Positions 1 to 15,192 of a stretch of DNA of 64,000 bases are shown here, in pieces. The DNA lies in assembly GCF_006345805.1 (NCBI RefSeq), contig NW_021833267.1, positions 1 to 64,000 of the forward strand. The letters run 5' to 3'. This DNA comes from Octopus sinensis (lineage: Eukaryota). The notes below the pieces were generated by a model. That model made no database searches. It was not told where the DNA came from and worked only from the letters and a program-made list of their open reading frames with translations. Each line of letters begins with the position of its first letter. Position 1 is the stretch's first letter. A program made the position numbers and the translations under genes.

Positions 1-2060
1 AGACTATTAAAAAGGCTTTTGATAGCCTACCACATAGCTGGATTATTAGGAAATGCTGGAAATGTATAAGATAGCACCTACTCTGCGAAACTTCTGGACT
101 GTAAGCATGAGATATGGAGAAAACCACACTAACTCTGAACAGTGACAATGAATCCCTAAATGCTGGTGATGAAAAATTTCGTGTGGCATTTCTAGGGTGA
201 CTCACTGTCACCACTCCTCTTTTTGTTTATCCTTAATACCTCTCTCAAAGCTGCTCAATGACGCGCAGTACGGGTATAAAATGTTTGATAAAAATATAAA
301 TCATCTCATTTACATGGATGATTTAAGTTTTTTGCAAAAAAGACCAACAAATCAAGGGCTTACTAGCGATAGTCAAACAATTCAGTGACGACATCAGAAT
401 GCAATTCGGCCTCGATAAATGTGCAAATTACCTTATCAAAGGAAAAATGACAGAAACATCTAACGTTAGCCTTGACCAGCAGAATGTCATAAAAGAACTA
501 GACCCAGCAGAGAGCTACAAGTACCTAGGGGTAATTGAAGGGAACGGAATAAGGCATTCAGAGATGAAGGAAAGGATCAGGAGAGAATGTTATCGAAGAG
601 TGAGAGCAATACTCAAGACAGAGCTGAATGCAAGAAACAGGATCGAAGCGATCAATGCATTAGCCATACCAGTCGTGACTACAGTTTCAATATTGAACTG
701 GTCAATTACTGAAATAGGTCAGCTCACAGAAAAAATAAGGAGACTGTTGACAATGCATAGAATGCACCACCCCAAGGCAGATACAGAACGACTCTATCTC
801 CCAAAAAAGAGGGAGGCCGTGGTCTTTTGCAACTGGCAATAACAATGAAGATTGCTACAATTGGCCTAGACACCTACCTGAAAACTCTGAGGAGTGGATG
901 TTAAAACTTGTCTCAAAACATGAAAACAAGAAAGCATCATACTCAGTCACAAAACAGGCAAAGGAATAATCTAAGTGAATTCCGAATACAACCAATTTCG
1001 GAATTAGAGATAGACATACAAGAAGAAACAAGCATAGAAAAAGCTAGGCGCATGAAAACCCGTGCCAAACTGCGGCTTAGATTTGAATAATAAATGGCAA
1101 GAAAAACCTCTCTATGGCAAATACCCAAAGAGAGCGAATAATGCAGATATTGACAAGCCCCAACCATCAATGGCTAATGGCCTCTGGCTTAAAATCTGAA
1201 ACAGAGGGGTTTATCATAGCAGCTCAAGATCAATGCCTACCAACAAGAAACTACCAGGCCAACATATAAAGAACGGCAGTAGCCCAACATGTCGTGTATG
1301 CCGCAACAAAATGAAACCATTGATCATGTTGTCTCCAAATGCAGTCTTCTAGCGCCTACAGAGTACCTCAACAGGCATGATAGAGCTGCACAATATATTA
1401 ACTGGGTAATTTGCAAAACCTGGATTTGCCCCATGAAAAAAACTGGTGGGAACACCAATCACCTCCAGTGCTTGAAAATGACCACATCTCACTCCTCTGG
1501 AACTTCACCATTCAAACTGACAGGAAGATAGATGCAAATAGGCCAGACATCATATTGAAAGACTTCAGACAAAGAACATGCCTCCTCATTGATATGACTG
1601 TCCCAATCGATATAACGTATCTGTCAAGACCTACCAAAACTGAGCAAATATAAAGATCTTGAAATAGAAATCAGCAAAATGTGGAAGCTGAAGACTAAAA
1701 CAATACCTGTTATCATAGGTGCCCTGGGAATGATAGCGAAAGGGACTGATTGCTACCTAACTCAGATACCAGGAAACCCCAAAATGGCAGAAATTCAAAA
1801 GATAGTGCTCATGGGAACTGCTCATATCCTACGCAAAATACTCTCTATGTAATCTCAAGGTTTAAAACAAACTTTTTTTCCCTTTCTTTTTTGTTTTTTA
1901 ATTTTATTTTTATGTATTAGACATTCACTAGTACAACACCAAAAAAATTAAAAAAAACAAATATATGGCACAGAACTTCCAGCCTGTTGTCTCTTGAGGT
2001 CTCTGGGTGAGACTTGGAGCCAACTTGTATAGAAATAAAGCAAAAGTCAAACATAGAATA
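1..2060 (+). mobile_element. R4/Dong-like non-LTR retrotransposon (RT + CCHC + restriction-like endonuclease), frameshifted, 5' part outside window
   Basis: Stitched frames give DYxKAFDS, GDSLSPL, YMDD, YKYLG, CRVC..ETIDHVVSKC, RHD, RPDIIL..IDMTVP, KYKDL and PVIIGALG. ORF stop near 1851, then a 3' UTR ending in GAATAATAATAA. Confidence 0.93.
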
Positions 2061-2164
2061 ATAATAAGAAGAAGAACAATAGTGATGATGATGACTAGGT
2101 AACACAACAATAATGATAACAATAAGAGCCACAAGAAGAACAACAATGATAATAATGGTCTTAA

Positions 2165-2275
2165 ATTTTAGCAGGTATGAATGTCAACCTCGGTAAAATT
2201 CGAACGCAGAACGATAAAATGCTGAAATGCCGCCAAGCATATTGTCCGGCGGTTGCCGATTCTGCCAGCCCGTTG
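2165..2275 (-). mobile_element. tRNA-derived SINE 5' fragment (family A)
   Basis: Reverse complement GGCTGGCAGAATCGG...GTTCGAATTTTACCGAGGTTGAC aligns with the SINE head at 25553. Confidence 0.7.
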
Positions 2276-2279
2276 ACAT

Positions 2280-2306
2280 AATAATAACAACAACAACAAC
2301 AACAAC

Positions 2307-2343
<37 letters not shown>

Positions 2344-2361
2344 TTAATAATAATAATAATG

Positions 2362-2394
<33 letters not shown>

Positions 2395-2405
2395 GTAATA
2401 ATATA

Positions 2406-2445
<40 letters not shown>

Positions 2446-2666
2446 TAGAATGAAACTTGAGCATATTCAGATCGTACAGGAAAATTGCGCTCCTGGGCAC
2501 TGACCACGCCTCTTCACAATTTTCTTAATCCAAAAAGGAATACATAGATACTTAGACAAAGAAATATTTTGACATTACTCTTAGACTGCACTTAGCTGTC
2601 GAGTGAAATCAAGCAATATATTATAACTACGGAAATAGTAACAATAATAATAATAGTAATAATCAA

Positions 2667-2704
<38 letters not shown>

Positions 2705-2787
2705 TGATGATGATGATGATTAGGATGATGATAATAATGATAATGATGATGATGATAATGGTGATGATAATAATAATAATAGTAATA

Positions 2788-2824
<37 letters not shown>

Positions 2825-2898
2825 TATTTATGATGATAATAATAAAACTAATAAAAATAGTAATAAATATATTGATGATGATAATAATAATAATGATT

Positions 2899-2930
<32 letters not shown>

Positions 2931-2941
2931 AATAAAATAAT

Positions 2942-2979
<38 letters not shown>

Positions 2980-3026
2980 TAATAATAATAATGATGTGAT
3001 ATGATGATGGATGATGATGATCAATA

Positions 3027-3057
<31 letters not shown>

Positions 3058-3173
3058 TAATAATAATAATGATAATAATAATAATAATAAATAATGATAT
3101 AATAATAATAATATAATAATAATGATGATTGATAATAATAATAATGATGATGATGATGATTATGATGATGATG

Positions 3174-3227
<54 letters not shown>

Positions 3228-3297
3228 TAATAATAATAATAATAATAATAATGATAATAATAATGATATTAATAATAATGATGATAATAATAATAAT
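2280..3297. repeat. (AAT)n/(ATG)n microsatellite tracts
   Basis: Direct reading; unique spacer at about 2446-2635. Confidence 0.95.
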
Positions 3298-3734
3298 TGC
3301 CACATACGGCACTACACTTAATATACAAATGAAACTATTATACTATGTTGGAGAAGGATATCGATCGATCAATATAGAAGTGATTATTCGAAATTCAATA
3401 GAGTTTTGACATTCTTTTCAGATTGAACTTAAATTGTGATTGTTTTCTCGACTTAAAATTACTTCTTCAAGATTTGAGATGTTGTCGGAATCGAAACGAT
3501 GTCGGCGACACCCTGATGTTCTTTACCATATAGTTCTTTCTTTCTTTCTTTCTTTCATTCCTTTTTTATCTTCAGTGTTTATTTCTTTCTGTTTCCTCAT
3601 CCTGTCTTTGTTTCTTTTCCTTCTTGTTGATTCTTCACTTTCTGAAGCACTCTTTTCCGTTATACGTATATATATATATATATATACACACACGCAAATG
3701 CGACACACAAAGACACGCATAGGCACATATATAT

Positions 3735-3770
<36 letters not shown>

Positions 3771-4587
3771 ATATGTACATATATGCATTTATCCTTACAC
3801 ACACACACACACATATATATATGTGCTTGTTTGTATGTGTAAATGTGTGTTTGTGTGTATGTCTGTGTGTACGTTGTGTATATCTGTATATGTATGTACA
3901 AGATGTGCTCAAAATATATCTGGAATATCGTTATGGTTACGCAGAGTGAAGCCGATTGGTACACATTGACGACCATACAGACGGTCGAGCACACATACTT
4001 AGTTATATCCACCTTCCTCATTTCCGATGTCTATACCAGTGGTTAGAATTAAAGTGTGTAGAGTGTGGTCGACTCCAAAAAAGAATCGCGTTTCAGCTGC
4101 TCAAAATCTCCTTCATTGTGTCTTCGAAGGCGAAATAATTTTCAAACGATGATAGCAGGGGACGAAACGTAGTTCCATAGCTATAACACCAAAATGAATG
4201 CTATGTGTACACGCGTGCGCGCGCACTCTATTAGATTTCCCCGATATCTTGAATTCTTGTTGGTTTCGGTTTCATAGCCGTAGAACCACGATTCGACACC
4301 TAAGTTGATAGTTTTGAAGAAGACCTAGTCTTCCTCAATACATTCAAGTTCCTGCTCAGCAGAAATCCGATTTTCTTTTTGAGACGACCACAATCTATAC
4401 ACTTTAATTCTAAGCATTGCTATAAAGAACGGGTGTAAGCGAGAATAGAGTATAAAGTCAATCTATGCCAAGTGGCTTCACTCTGAGTACTTTAGCTCTG
4501 ATACCATATCAATAGTCCTGATACACTTTGATAAGCCCTCGTATTTTGAGGCCTAACAAATTTCTAATCTTTGGTGCTCAAATCATT

Positions 4588-4800
4588 TCTATATCTCTTA
4601 TATAAAATCCGTTCTGTCTGTCTGTGTGTGTGTGTGTGGCATCTAGGATCTCGGGCATCCTCCATCCGATTGCACTCAAATTTGATATGTAGATACCGAC
4701 GGTATCATAGCGTGTATATGTCTTGAAAAAAAAATTAAAAATCGATTCCAGGTGAGAATGCGATCGATATAGCGGTGGGAAATCGTTTTTCATTGGAATA
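4588..4800 (+). mobile_element. Helitron-like non-autonomous element, 5' part
   Basis: Starts TCTATATCTCTTTATATAAAA then (TCTG)/(TG) repeats and AAATTTGAT, resembling the 5' end of the element at 16913-17290 (minus strand). No 3' CTAG end found. Confidence 0.45.
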
Positions 4801-5535
4801 GAAAAAAGTCTATATTTCTTTTGCTGCTGTCTCAAATTTAGGTTAAATCAGTGTTTCTCAAAGGGGAGGCCTATGGGACGGTCGGACAAGTTGTTCTGAG
4901 AAAATTTGGTTTATATATTTGACAACTCAGCACCATCCATTGGACGGGGAGCGTTTTGCTCGTATTATATATAAGAGAAGATCGCCAGGAAAGCATCTCG
5001 GCGATTGTGATACCTAGACTTTGATATAAAATTGGCGGCATTATTTGCATATTTTCAACAATGAGGGATATTTAGTTACCATAGACATTTCCCTTGTACA
5101 TCGAGTGGTTTACCTTTCTCATAAACAAATATAAAAATCTGCCATATTTTCGCAGGAAGATATTCTGAGTTTAAAACGGACTTAGAGGCGGCAAGGTATT
5201 GAAGGTAATTCTGTTCCTGTAAATAACAAGTTATATTCTGACAGTACTATTTCTTTATAATTCATTACTTTAGACAAATTCGTTCATCACTATTTTGGCG
5301 TTGCAGTATAAATTTCGCTGATACAATTCAACAATAATATATTGTCTCACACTCACATCATCCGAGGAATTTTAGATATATAGTGGAAAAACAGACATCA
5401 TAAAACAACAAAAAATCGATATAACACGAGATCATTTAGGGAAACGTAATACACACATACAAACAAACAAACCCAAAAACTCCACACACACATACACATA
5501 TTATATATATATATATGCACATTGTATATATGTAT

Positions 5536-5595
<60 letters not shown>

Positions 5596-5628
5596 TGATG
5601 ATATATTATATATATTATATTAATATAT

Positions 5629-5722
<94 letters not shown>

Positions 5723-5847
5723 ACTGACATAACAGCTACATCTATGGAAAATCTAATTTTCGGAAAAATTATTCCGGTGTAAAAGCTACAAGTACAAAAC
5801 AGTGATACATGCTATGGTCTGCTATTCTTCTTATATACACACACATG

Positions 5848-5907
<60 letters not shown>

Positions 5908-6148
5908 CCATATATATATGTTTCTGTTTATGTATGTACGTATTTTAGGAAAAAAGAGGTTCTCTCCGAATTCAATCAAGGAGATTGATTGCATAAAGAA
6001 AATGGCGAACCTCGCTACAGAAAGCAATAATGTGGGCATTTATAATGGCTCATACCTATTACCTGTACGTCAATTTACATTTTACATCTAGTACTGGGTG
6101 CCTGCCATAGCCATGAATGATAATGCATATGTATGTATGTACGTATTT

Positions 6149-6203
<55 letters not shown>

Positions 6204-6517
6204 TAGATATATGCATATGTGTATACATTTATATGTATGCATACATATATATATATATGTATATATATATAGGTATGTATATATATATATGTATATATAT
6301 ATATATTTATATATGTACATAAGTGTATGTGCGTGTATTAACTTACACGAGTTTATGGAGACGTACTTCTCTCTCTCTATCTATATATATATATATATAT
6401 CTTTTTATCTATCTATGAACCATTATTTCTTTCTATCTATCTATCTCCATATCTATTTATCTATCTATCTATCTATCTGTCTGACTATCTGTCTATCTGT
6501 CTATCTATCTATCTATC

Positions 6518-6565
<48 letters not shown>

Positions 6566-7609
6566 GTATGTATGTATGTATTTATATGTATACGGTGTAT
6601 CTATATACAAATATAACTGTACATATAATAATGGAAATATATTTAAATATATATATATATATATAAACTTATATATACACACATATATATGCATATATGT
6701 ATGTACGCACGCACACACACACACACAGACAGACACACACATATATATATATGTGTGTGTGTAGGTATGTGTGTGTGTGTGTGTGTGTCTGTGTGTGTCT
6801 GTGTTGTATCCATATTTATTGCTGTACATACTCTTATTGTTCGCCTCGGTTATTTGATAATAACTCAAGCAAAACTCTCTCAGCCTAATACAATATACTG
6901 GTACAGACGTACTTACATCTTCCCTTCATTGCTACCAACTCTTTTTACGTCTCTGTATATTATCAGATTCTATAATAGGTCTGTTCTGATGTAGCTGTCA
7001 CGCTCTTGCAATTTCCTTTAAAGACTTTACAATGATACATACAAATATATATAACATGTTTGATATGTTATGCGTGCTAATGCACATACCCATACAACCA
7101 AACACACACAAACACACACATCTATGAAGATGAGGCTTGGAAAAACGATCATAGATGTAAGCAATACATTTACATGCGATCTGATGTTTATATTTACAGT
7201 TTGTATATACAGCTGTTTCTGATATTTAGATGAGGAACGTTTAGATCCAGTAAATATATATGTAAGTTCTGTAACTTCACATGGACATGTGTTCCTTGTG
7301 TATATAATTTTCTGCCTGTGTATTAATCCTTCGTTGGAAACTGTTCTTTATTTGTACCAAATACTCTCCTTCAGGAGTAGGAAAACCCGATGATGTTATT
7401 GCACATTTAGAATCCGATTTGTCCATGCAGTGAACTTGTGTCTATCTGTTGTACACTTGCAATAGTATACACATATACACACACACATAAACACACACAC
7501 ACTCAAACATTAATTGTTTTGCCGTTTGAAAATCGTCATGAACACGCTAGATGTCGAGTTGGCAGAACAGTTGGCATCCCGGGCAAAAGAAATTTGCTTT
7601 GCCATATTT

Positions 7610-7720
7610 TTAGGTACAGGCGTGGATGTGTGGTAAATAAGCTTTCTGCCCAACCATATGGTTCGGGGCTGATTCCAACAGTGTGGATTCAACACTTTGG
7701 GCAAGTATTTTCTTCTATAT
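7610..7720 (+). mobile_element. tRNA-derived SINE 5' fragment (family B)
   Basis: AGGCGTGGATGTGTGGTAA...AACCATATGGTTCGGGG matches the head of the 34652-34999 copy. Confidence 0.7.
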
Positions 7721-7721
7721 C

Positions 7722-7985
7722 CACTTGAAAAGGAAGGTGTCGCTGGAGAAGAGATGCCTGTCGGAGAGTGTGTTTAAAAAAAAATGGAAGCATTTTGCAC
7801 GAACGCTGTGCGTACAAGGAACCATGTGAATAAGGCGGGAAAAAAGAACAAAAAAAGGTACCAGAGATAGATCGGGCTTGTGGTGTCGGAGCGTGGCCTG
7901 ATCATCGCTTCATTTGTATTTTTTGTATTGTTAATTTCATTCGAGTTTCTTTTTGATATTGTATTTAAATTTTTAAAGTCACATT
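7722..7985 (+). mobile_element. Possible L1/Tx1-like LINE 3' fragment
   Basis: Frame reads LKRKVSLEKRCLSESVFKKKWKHFARTLCVQGTM*, resembling the R..E....F...W C-terminus of Tx1 ORF2, followed by a T-rich UTR. Confidence 0.4.
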
Positions 7986-8019
7986 ATATGTAAAATCATA
8001 TCGCTTTACTGATACCATC

Positions 8020-8238
8020 AGTTGTTCTGTCCATTTCTATATTTGGCCCCCGGTGGGCAATAAAGAAATTGGTATTTCGTCTGTCTTTACTTTCTGAGTT
8101 CAAATTCCACGGAGATTGACTTTGCCTTTCCAGCTTTGGAGGTCGATAAATCAAGTACCAGTTGCGTACAGGGGTCGATCTAATTGACTGGCCCCTTCCC
8201 CCCAAATGTTAGGCCTTGTGCCTAGATTAGAAAAGAAT
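8020..8238 (+). mobile_element. SINE family A, 5'-truncated multimer end
   Basis: GGTATTTCGTCTG...TTCTGAGTTCAAATTCC...GTCGATAAA.AAGTACCAG...AGAAAAGAAT, collinear with 25900-26130. Confidence 0.88.
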
Positions 8239-8848
8239 GTTTAGTTCTTGTTTAATTTTTATCAACTCTAATAGAAGCACTTTATGTCGATAAATTTCCA
8301 TCGAGATCATCACCTCTCATTTTAAAATCGTATTCAGTGAATATATAATCAAAGCTTCCTTCAAAATCGTGAACACCTCATCTTCCTTGCATACCTATTT
8401 GTACATACTCCTGCAATATATACCACTGGCTCTTCTATACGGCCCTTGGTCTGAACAGCCACCTCGGAAACGGGTACCCATCGCACCCGTCAGACTAATG
8501 AGGCTCGATCACTCGCTACAGGTTAACTACTCAAATACGAATTAAAGCTGACGACGAATGAACTGTATTTGATGGATGAGATAAGAGACACCTGGGTATA
8601 TCAGACGCACCCCAGTTTCAGTAATGCATATTCAGGGAAATGATTTTTGCGCATTAATGATTTTGGGAGGCCCAAATTAGAGGACCGGAGTGATTTATTT
8701 TGTAATTTTGTTGCAAAAGTAAGGGAATCTTACGAGCCATCAAATACGACGTTCCTTTGTTCCTAAGACTTCAAGATATAATTTTAAGAACGCTAGGTAG
8801 CTATTTCTAGCCGGCCTAGAAGCAAACCTATGTTCTATATCTATTGTG

Positions 8849-9060
8849 TTTTACTTGTTTCAATCACTAGACTACGACCATGATGGGACAATACCTTAGT
8901 CGAACATATCATGCCAAGCGCTTCTTTAATTGAAGCCCAGTACTTATTTTATCGAGCGTTTTTCTCGAATCGCTACGTTATGAGGACGTAACCACGACAA
9001 GTAGTGGTGTTTATAGTGGATCAAACATAGACACAAGACACACATACTCTCTCTCTCTCT

Positions 9061-9098
<38 letters not shown>

Positions 9099-9257
9099 TA
9101 TATATATGACAGGGTTCTTTCTGTTCCAGTCTACCAAATTCACTCACAAGTTTTTGCTCGACCCGAAGCTACAATAAAATCCACTTGCTCAAGATATCAG
9201 GCAGTGGGACGAAACCTGGAATCATGTGGTTCAGAATTAAACTCCTTACCACAGCAG
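8849..9257 (-). mobile_element. SINE family B, diverged full-length copy
   Basis: Collinear with 34652-34999, with an internal CA/TA microsatellite. Confidence 0.8.
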
Positions 9258-9924
9258 GCTACGACTTGAGTGTGATGTATTTGGTATATCGATATATCGA
9301 GCAGGACCAAGGGCCTCTTAAAGAGGGTCTCGATCGCTGACTACTCTCCACTTGCTGTTCACCTCATTAATATACTCCCGCATACGACCACTGCATGTAA
9401 ATCTACAAGTTTCATTTAGAGAGATTTAACTGCTGCTTCTAGCAGTATCAATCCACTGTTGCCTCCTTTCGGTCTTGTTGTGCATTTACAAGAACAGCAT
9501 TCAGTATATCCAAGCGTTATATTTAATACTGCGTCTTCCTACAAAAGGCTGATTCGGTTATTGTTTGCAGAGGATAGAGCTACGGCGAAGTCACTCCTTT
9601 CTCGTTGGCTCTGCGTCGATGTGTAGCTGTCGTAGTGGTAATAGTTACATTATGAGATCAAAGGTATTGAAATAGACTATTCCAATACTCATTCCAAACA
9701 GATATTTCTAATGAATCTGCCATGTTATTCTTGCTGTTATATATTTGTAATTCAGTCACAAACTGGCATTCGACGTTGTGTATATGAACACGTACTCGCT
9801 CGAGATGAACATGTATGTATGTAGGACGCATGCATTCATTCATGTATATATATATATATATATATATATTGATGAAAAATAAAAAATTGCAATACAAATG
9901 TTACACACATACACACACACACAC

Positions 9925-9980
<56 letters not shown>

Positions 9981-9997
9981 ATATATAGTATATATAT

Positions 9998-10029
<32 letters not shown>

Positions 10030-10919
10030 GTGTGGTGTTTGTGTGTGCGTGTGTGTGTGTATGGATATATATGCATGTAGGATTGTAGGTGTAAATTATA
10101 AATGCTTGTGTGCCTTTGTGTTTGACTCTGTATTCATTGATATAAATGTAAATCACTATAGATGTGTGTGAATATATAATATAAATATATATATATATAT
10201 ATGTATATATATAAATATAAATATGCATAGATATATATATGTATATGTTTATATATATATGATACATATATATAACATGTGTATATATATATTTATATAT
10301 ATATATACTATATATATATATATGTATATATATACCATCTATATATATATAATTATAAATATATATATATATATGTATATGTTTATATATGTATGTATAC
10401 ATATATATAATATCTAATATATATATACCTATTGTATATATATATATATTTTATATATATACTATATATATATCTATATATGTATATATATATATATATG
10501 TATATATGCATATATATGATTATATAGAGTGAGATAGATGTATAAGTGTGTGTGTGTGTGTGTGTGTGCACGCGCGCATGTGTGTATGCGCATATGCGTG
10601 TGTACGTATGTATATATATATATCAACAGGTGCACGAATGTAGCTATACCTAAGTACATTTATGCATACATAATTCAACTCCCCCATCATGGGTTGCCAT
10701 CCGCACTGGCAGAGGGATTCAAACACGCAAACGTAGTGGCATAAACAGACGTATAATGTATACATATACATATACACACACACACATACATCTATATATA
10801 TGTCGTTGTTATTATTATTATTATTATTATTATAATTGTTATAATTATATAATAATAATTATTATTGTATACACACATATGTGCACGTTTACACTTATAC
10901 ATAGATATCCATTTGCATG

Positions 10920-10965
<46 letters not shown>

Positions 10966-12675
10966 GTGTGTCTGTGTCTGTGTATATATTATCTATATTT
11001 ATTCTCTTTCTCATCTCATTACACATACACATGTATATATATATATATATAATATATATATTCATACATATATACATACATATACATACATACACATGCA
11101 TAATATATATATATATATCTATATATATATCTATAATATATATCTATATATATATATATTATATATATTTATATATATATGCATACATGTGTGCCTGTGT
11201 TTGTGTAAGTATATACCCCTACGTGCGTATTAATACGCGTTTCCTCTGAATAATCTATAATCGTGTGAAGCCTTTGCATGTTAGACATTTTCTAACATAA
11301 TATCCCCGGTGTGTATAATAAACAATATATAATAATCTTCAACATAATTGTGACGTATATAGCCATAAAAGCGAATTATTTATTAAGAGGCTATACTAAT
11401 ACTACTCATTCAAAGTTTGTTATTTTATACTTTCGTGTAAAGCTAGCAGGCGATATTTCACCGAAAAGCTTTATTATAAATGTATGTTCCACATAGGAAA
11501 TTTGGAATAGATCTGTTGTTTGCCTTATGATTTGTGTTCTTCCTTCTTTGAGTAATCATATTAAACCATTGCCAGTCTATTATACTATTCCCACTCTTTC
11601 TCTTTCACCCGCCACCGTTTTCGTAGCGTCTATTTTCGAAATGTTCTACCTTTCAATTATTCAATTATTCTGCTATTTACACGATTCCATTCTTTCCACC
11701 TTTGCCGATATTCCACGATCGTACCATTGTACCATTGTGCCATTCTTTCATTAACCATTCCACCTCCACATCGGTTTTCTCTTCGAGAATTCCTATGCCC
11801 ATACCATTGTGATCATCGTCAATGTTTTCCTCTTGTTTCATATTTGCCTACATCTTTACTTTCTCCCATCAACCAATCAACAAGTTCAGCATCTCAGAGC
11901 TCAGGTATCCCACCATTCTACTCTCCCAGCATATATATATACCATTCTCACACGCAAGGTCATTAATTATTACGTCCATCATTCCACTACTCTGATTATT
12001 CTCAGAATCCCAAATTCCACCGATTTACGATTTACATTTATCCTCTCGATCCCATAAGCAAGCTAGTTCATTATAACCATTATTTCTGCTAACCACACCC
12101 TCTATCATTTTCCTCCATACCTATACTCCCATAATTTCCTATCAATACTACAGTTCCTCAACGCACTCCAACACCAATCTCTTCAGTTCCTCAACGCTCT
12201 CACGACACCCATAAATCTCAGAGTTCCCACCATTTTCACTATTTTCAATTTCCTTTCATTCATCATTCGCACAAATCTCGTAATAATCTTTAATCTTGTA
12301 TTTCTTTCCCCCTTTGGAGGTTTGCCACCCAGTTCAAATATAAGAAGTATTGTACCCTGCAAAGTGTTTGTACTCAGTTTTGTTGTGGAACATAAAAAAT
12401 TGCCGCTCATTGAGAAAATTCTTGATCAACAAAGTCAACTCAGATTGCATTTTAATGGACTGATCGATGCCCTCCTAATTCCATAATACCGTTAGCACAA
12501 ATCGGAACGAAGGAATTCGTGATACAGCCATCAGTTCAACAGAGAACTCATTACATTTTTAGCCTTCTGAGAAAAACCTCAGTGAATAACTTTCGAAGGT
12601 TCAAATACAACTCATACAAGTGTTAAGTACTTATTACGATTTTAAAATATTTCTATTTACGCCATGCAGTTTCTT

Positions 12676-12747
<72 letters not shown>

Positions 12748-12841
12748 CTATCTATCTATCTATCTATCTATCCATATATATATATCTATATATTATAATA
12801 TATATATATATATAATATATATATATATATTATATATATAT

Positions 12842-12896
<55 letters not shown>

Positions 12897-12907
12897 ATCT
12901 ATCTATC

Positions 12908-12986
<79 letters not shown>

Positions 12987-12990
<4 letters not shown>

Positions 12991-13200
12991 ACCTCGTGAG
13001 TACCGCTGGCGATTTTTTCCCTCTGTCTTCCCTTCTCTGGATCTTTCCTTCTCCTATGTTTCCGACGAAGAGCTCTGCTCGAAACGTTGAACCCTCTTTC
13101 TTTCCTTCTTTCCTGAGCGTCCAATAATACCTTATTTATTCCACATCCTCGCGTTGTTGTGTTTTTTGTTTTTTTGTGTTTTCTTGTTTGGATTAACTTT
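12987..13200 (+). mobile_element. Short (~210 bp) hammerhead-containing element, family H1 (Penelope terminal repeat/retrozyme-like)
   Basis: Flanked by (TA)n on both sides; closely similar copy at 23951-24146. Confidence 0.75.
13058..13092 (+). ncRNA. Minimal type-I hammerhead ribozyme-like motif (U4C core)
   Basis: GTTT-CCGACGA-A-GAGC-TCT-GCTC-GAA-ACGT-T-GAAC: stem I GTTT/GAAC, stem II GAGC/GCTC, palindromic stem III ACGT. Confidence 0.65.
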
Positions 13201-13327
13201 ATATATATATATATATATAATATATATATATATCTGTCTGTCTGTATGTCTATCTATCTGTCTATCCTTCTATCTATCTATCTTTCTATCTATGTATCTA
13301 TCTATCGATCGATCTATCCATCTTTTG

Positions 13328-13408
<81 letters not shown>

Positions 13409-13449
13409 GTCTATCTGTACCCTTGTGCTTACGTTTGTTCCCCGCACCA

Positions 13450-13605
13450 ATCGGCCCCCAGTAAAATGGGGGCTCAGGAAAAGAGAACGATAGAATAATT
13501 ACCAAACTTGCAAATAAGTTCCAGATTGGATTTATTCAACTAAAACTGTTCAAAACGATGCTCTAGCATGGTCACAGTCCAATGACGGCAGAACGTAAAA
13601 TGTTA
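13450..13605 (+). mobile_element. SINE family B 3' fragment
   Basis: CGATAGAATAA...GATGCTCTAGCATGGTCACAGTCCAATGAC matches the reverse complement of 34660-34800. Confidence 0.65.
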
Positions 13606-13619
13606 AAAATAAAATTATA

Positions 13620-13870
13620 TGTTGTCCGATATATATCATGACTTCGCTCCCTTTCACCACATATCTGTTAGGCCATTAAGGGATGCCTTGGGGCAACAAC
13701 ACAATAGAAGCAGTACTGCATAAAAGTCCATCGTCTCTGTAGAAGCAAGATTAAACCGTTAGTGATGCTGCGCTACAATACGTGATGCTGCGCTACAATA
13801 CGCAAACAAGTAATAATAAAAGCCATTAGATTATCGAGTTTGACCACAAGGAAATGAAAATTTGAATATG
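13620..13870 (+). pseudogene. Possible ancient mariner transposase C-terminal remnant
   Basis: YHDFAP...RPLRDALG (with a frameshift) resembles YSPDLAPSDYHLFRPLKxxLxG. Confidence 0.35.
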
Positions 13871-15161
13871 TGCGTTAACTCGAATTCTGTGTGATCTCTT
13901 ACTCTGCATTATATTCTCAGAAATAGTGAAGGAGTATTATGCCAGGTGATATGGGAGCTGAAGAACAGGTGAGGTAACTTCTCGGAAACGCATATATTAC
14001 ATGCAGGCACACTCAACGGACATAAAAGTGTATACAGACAGACAGATCTGCAAATATATATTGTTTTATTTCACATTATAGTATATCAGGATTGCTCTAT
14101 ATGCATATACATATACATATACATATAAGTCATAGTTGTGAGTGTATATATATATATATATGTATATATATATAAATATATATACACACACATATATATA
14201 TATGCATATATATACATATATATATATATACATATAAATAAATATATATACATATAAATATATATATATATAAATATATATATAAATATACATATATATA
14301 TGTATATATATATATCAATATATATAAATAAATATATATAAAAACTATATATATGTGAATATACATATGTATACATATTGTATATATACATACATATATA
14401 CATATACATACTATATAATACATAGATGTATACATATTGTATATATGCATACACATATACATATACATACTATATAATACATAGATGTATACATATAGAG
14501 AGTAATACGTACATACATAATACATATATATATTTTCACACACACACACATACATATATAAATATATATACATACACACGTTAATATATTAAAACATAAA
14601 TACATAGGAGTGTTTAAATACGTGTGTATTCTACTGCGTACGTATGAGTCTGTATGAGAGAGAGACAGAGTCAGAGACAGAAAGAGACAGAAAGAGACAG
14701 AGGGACAGAGAGAGAAAAAGACAGACAGACAGAAACAGAGAGAGTGCTAATGTGCGGCCGTGTGTGCAACAGTGAATGCATGGTTGCACACCTGAATGCT
14801 TTCACGGTCCCTCCATTATAGAAATGAATATTCTGTTAAATTTAGCACATTAGCCATTTTGTAATACATATATATTACCATAAAAGCCAAGCAACCCCAC
14901 GCACACACTTTATATATATAAATATATATATAATATATATGTGTGTGTGTGTGTATATATATGTATGTATATATATATATACTTTTGTCTATATATGTAT
15001 ATATATGTATGCATATACGCAAAGAGAGAAAGAGAATGAGAGAGACACTGATAAATATATGTATTTGTGTATACATATATACTTATACGTTTGTATATTA
15101 TGTGTATACGCTCACAAACATGCACATGTTATATACATATATAGACATACATACATGTACG

Positions 15162-15192
<31 letters not shown>

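Noticed and set aside
3480-3520. GAAAC-GAT-GTC...CTGATG as a type-II hammerhead
   Set aside because: A9 is missing, stem I is only 2 bp and stem II does not form; a simple hairpin explains it.
13762-13802. 20-bp tandem duplication
   Set aside because: Ordinary local duplication with no further structure.
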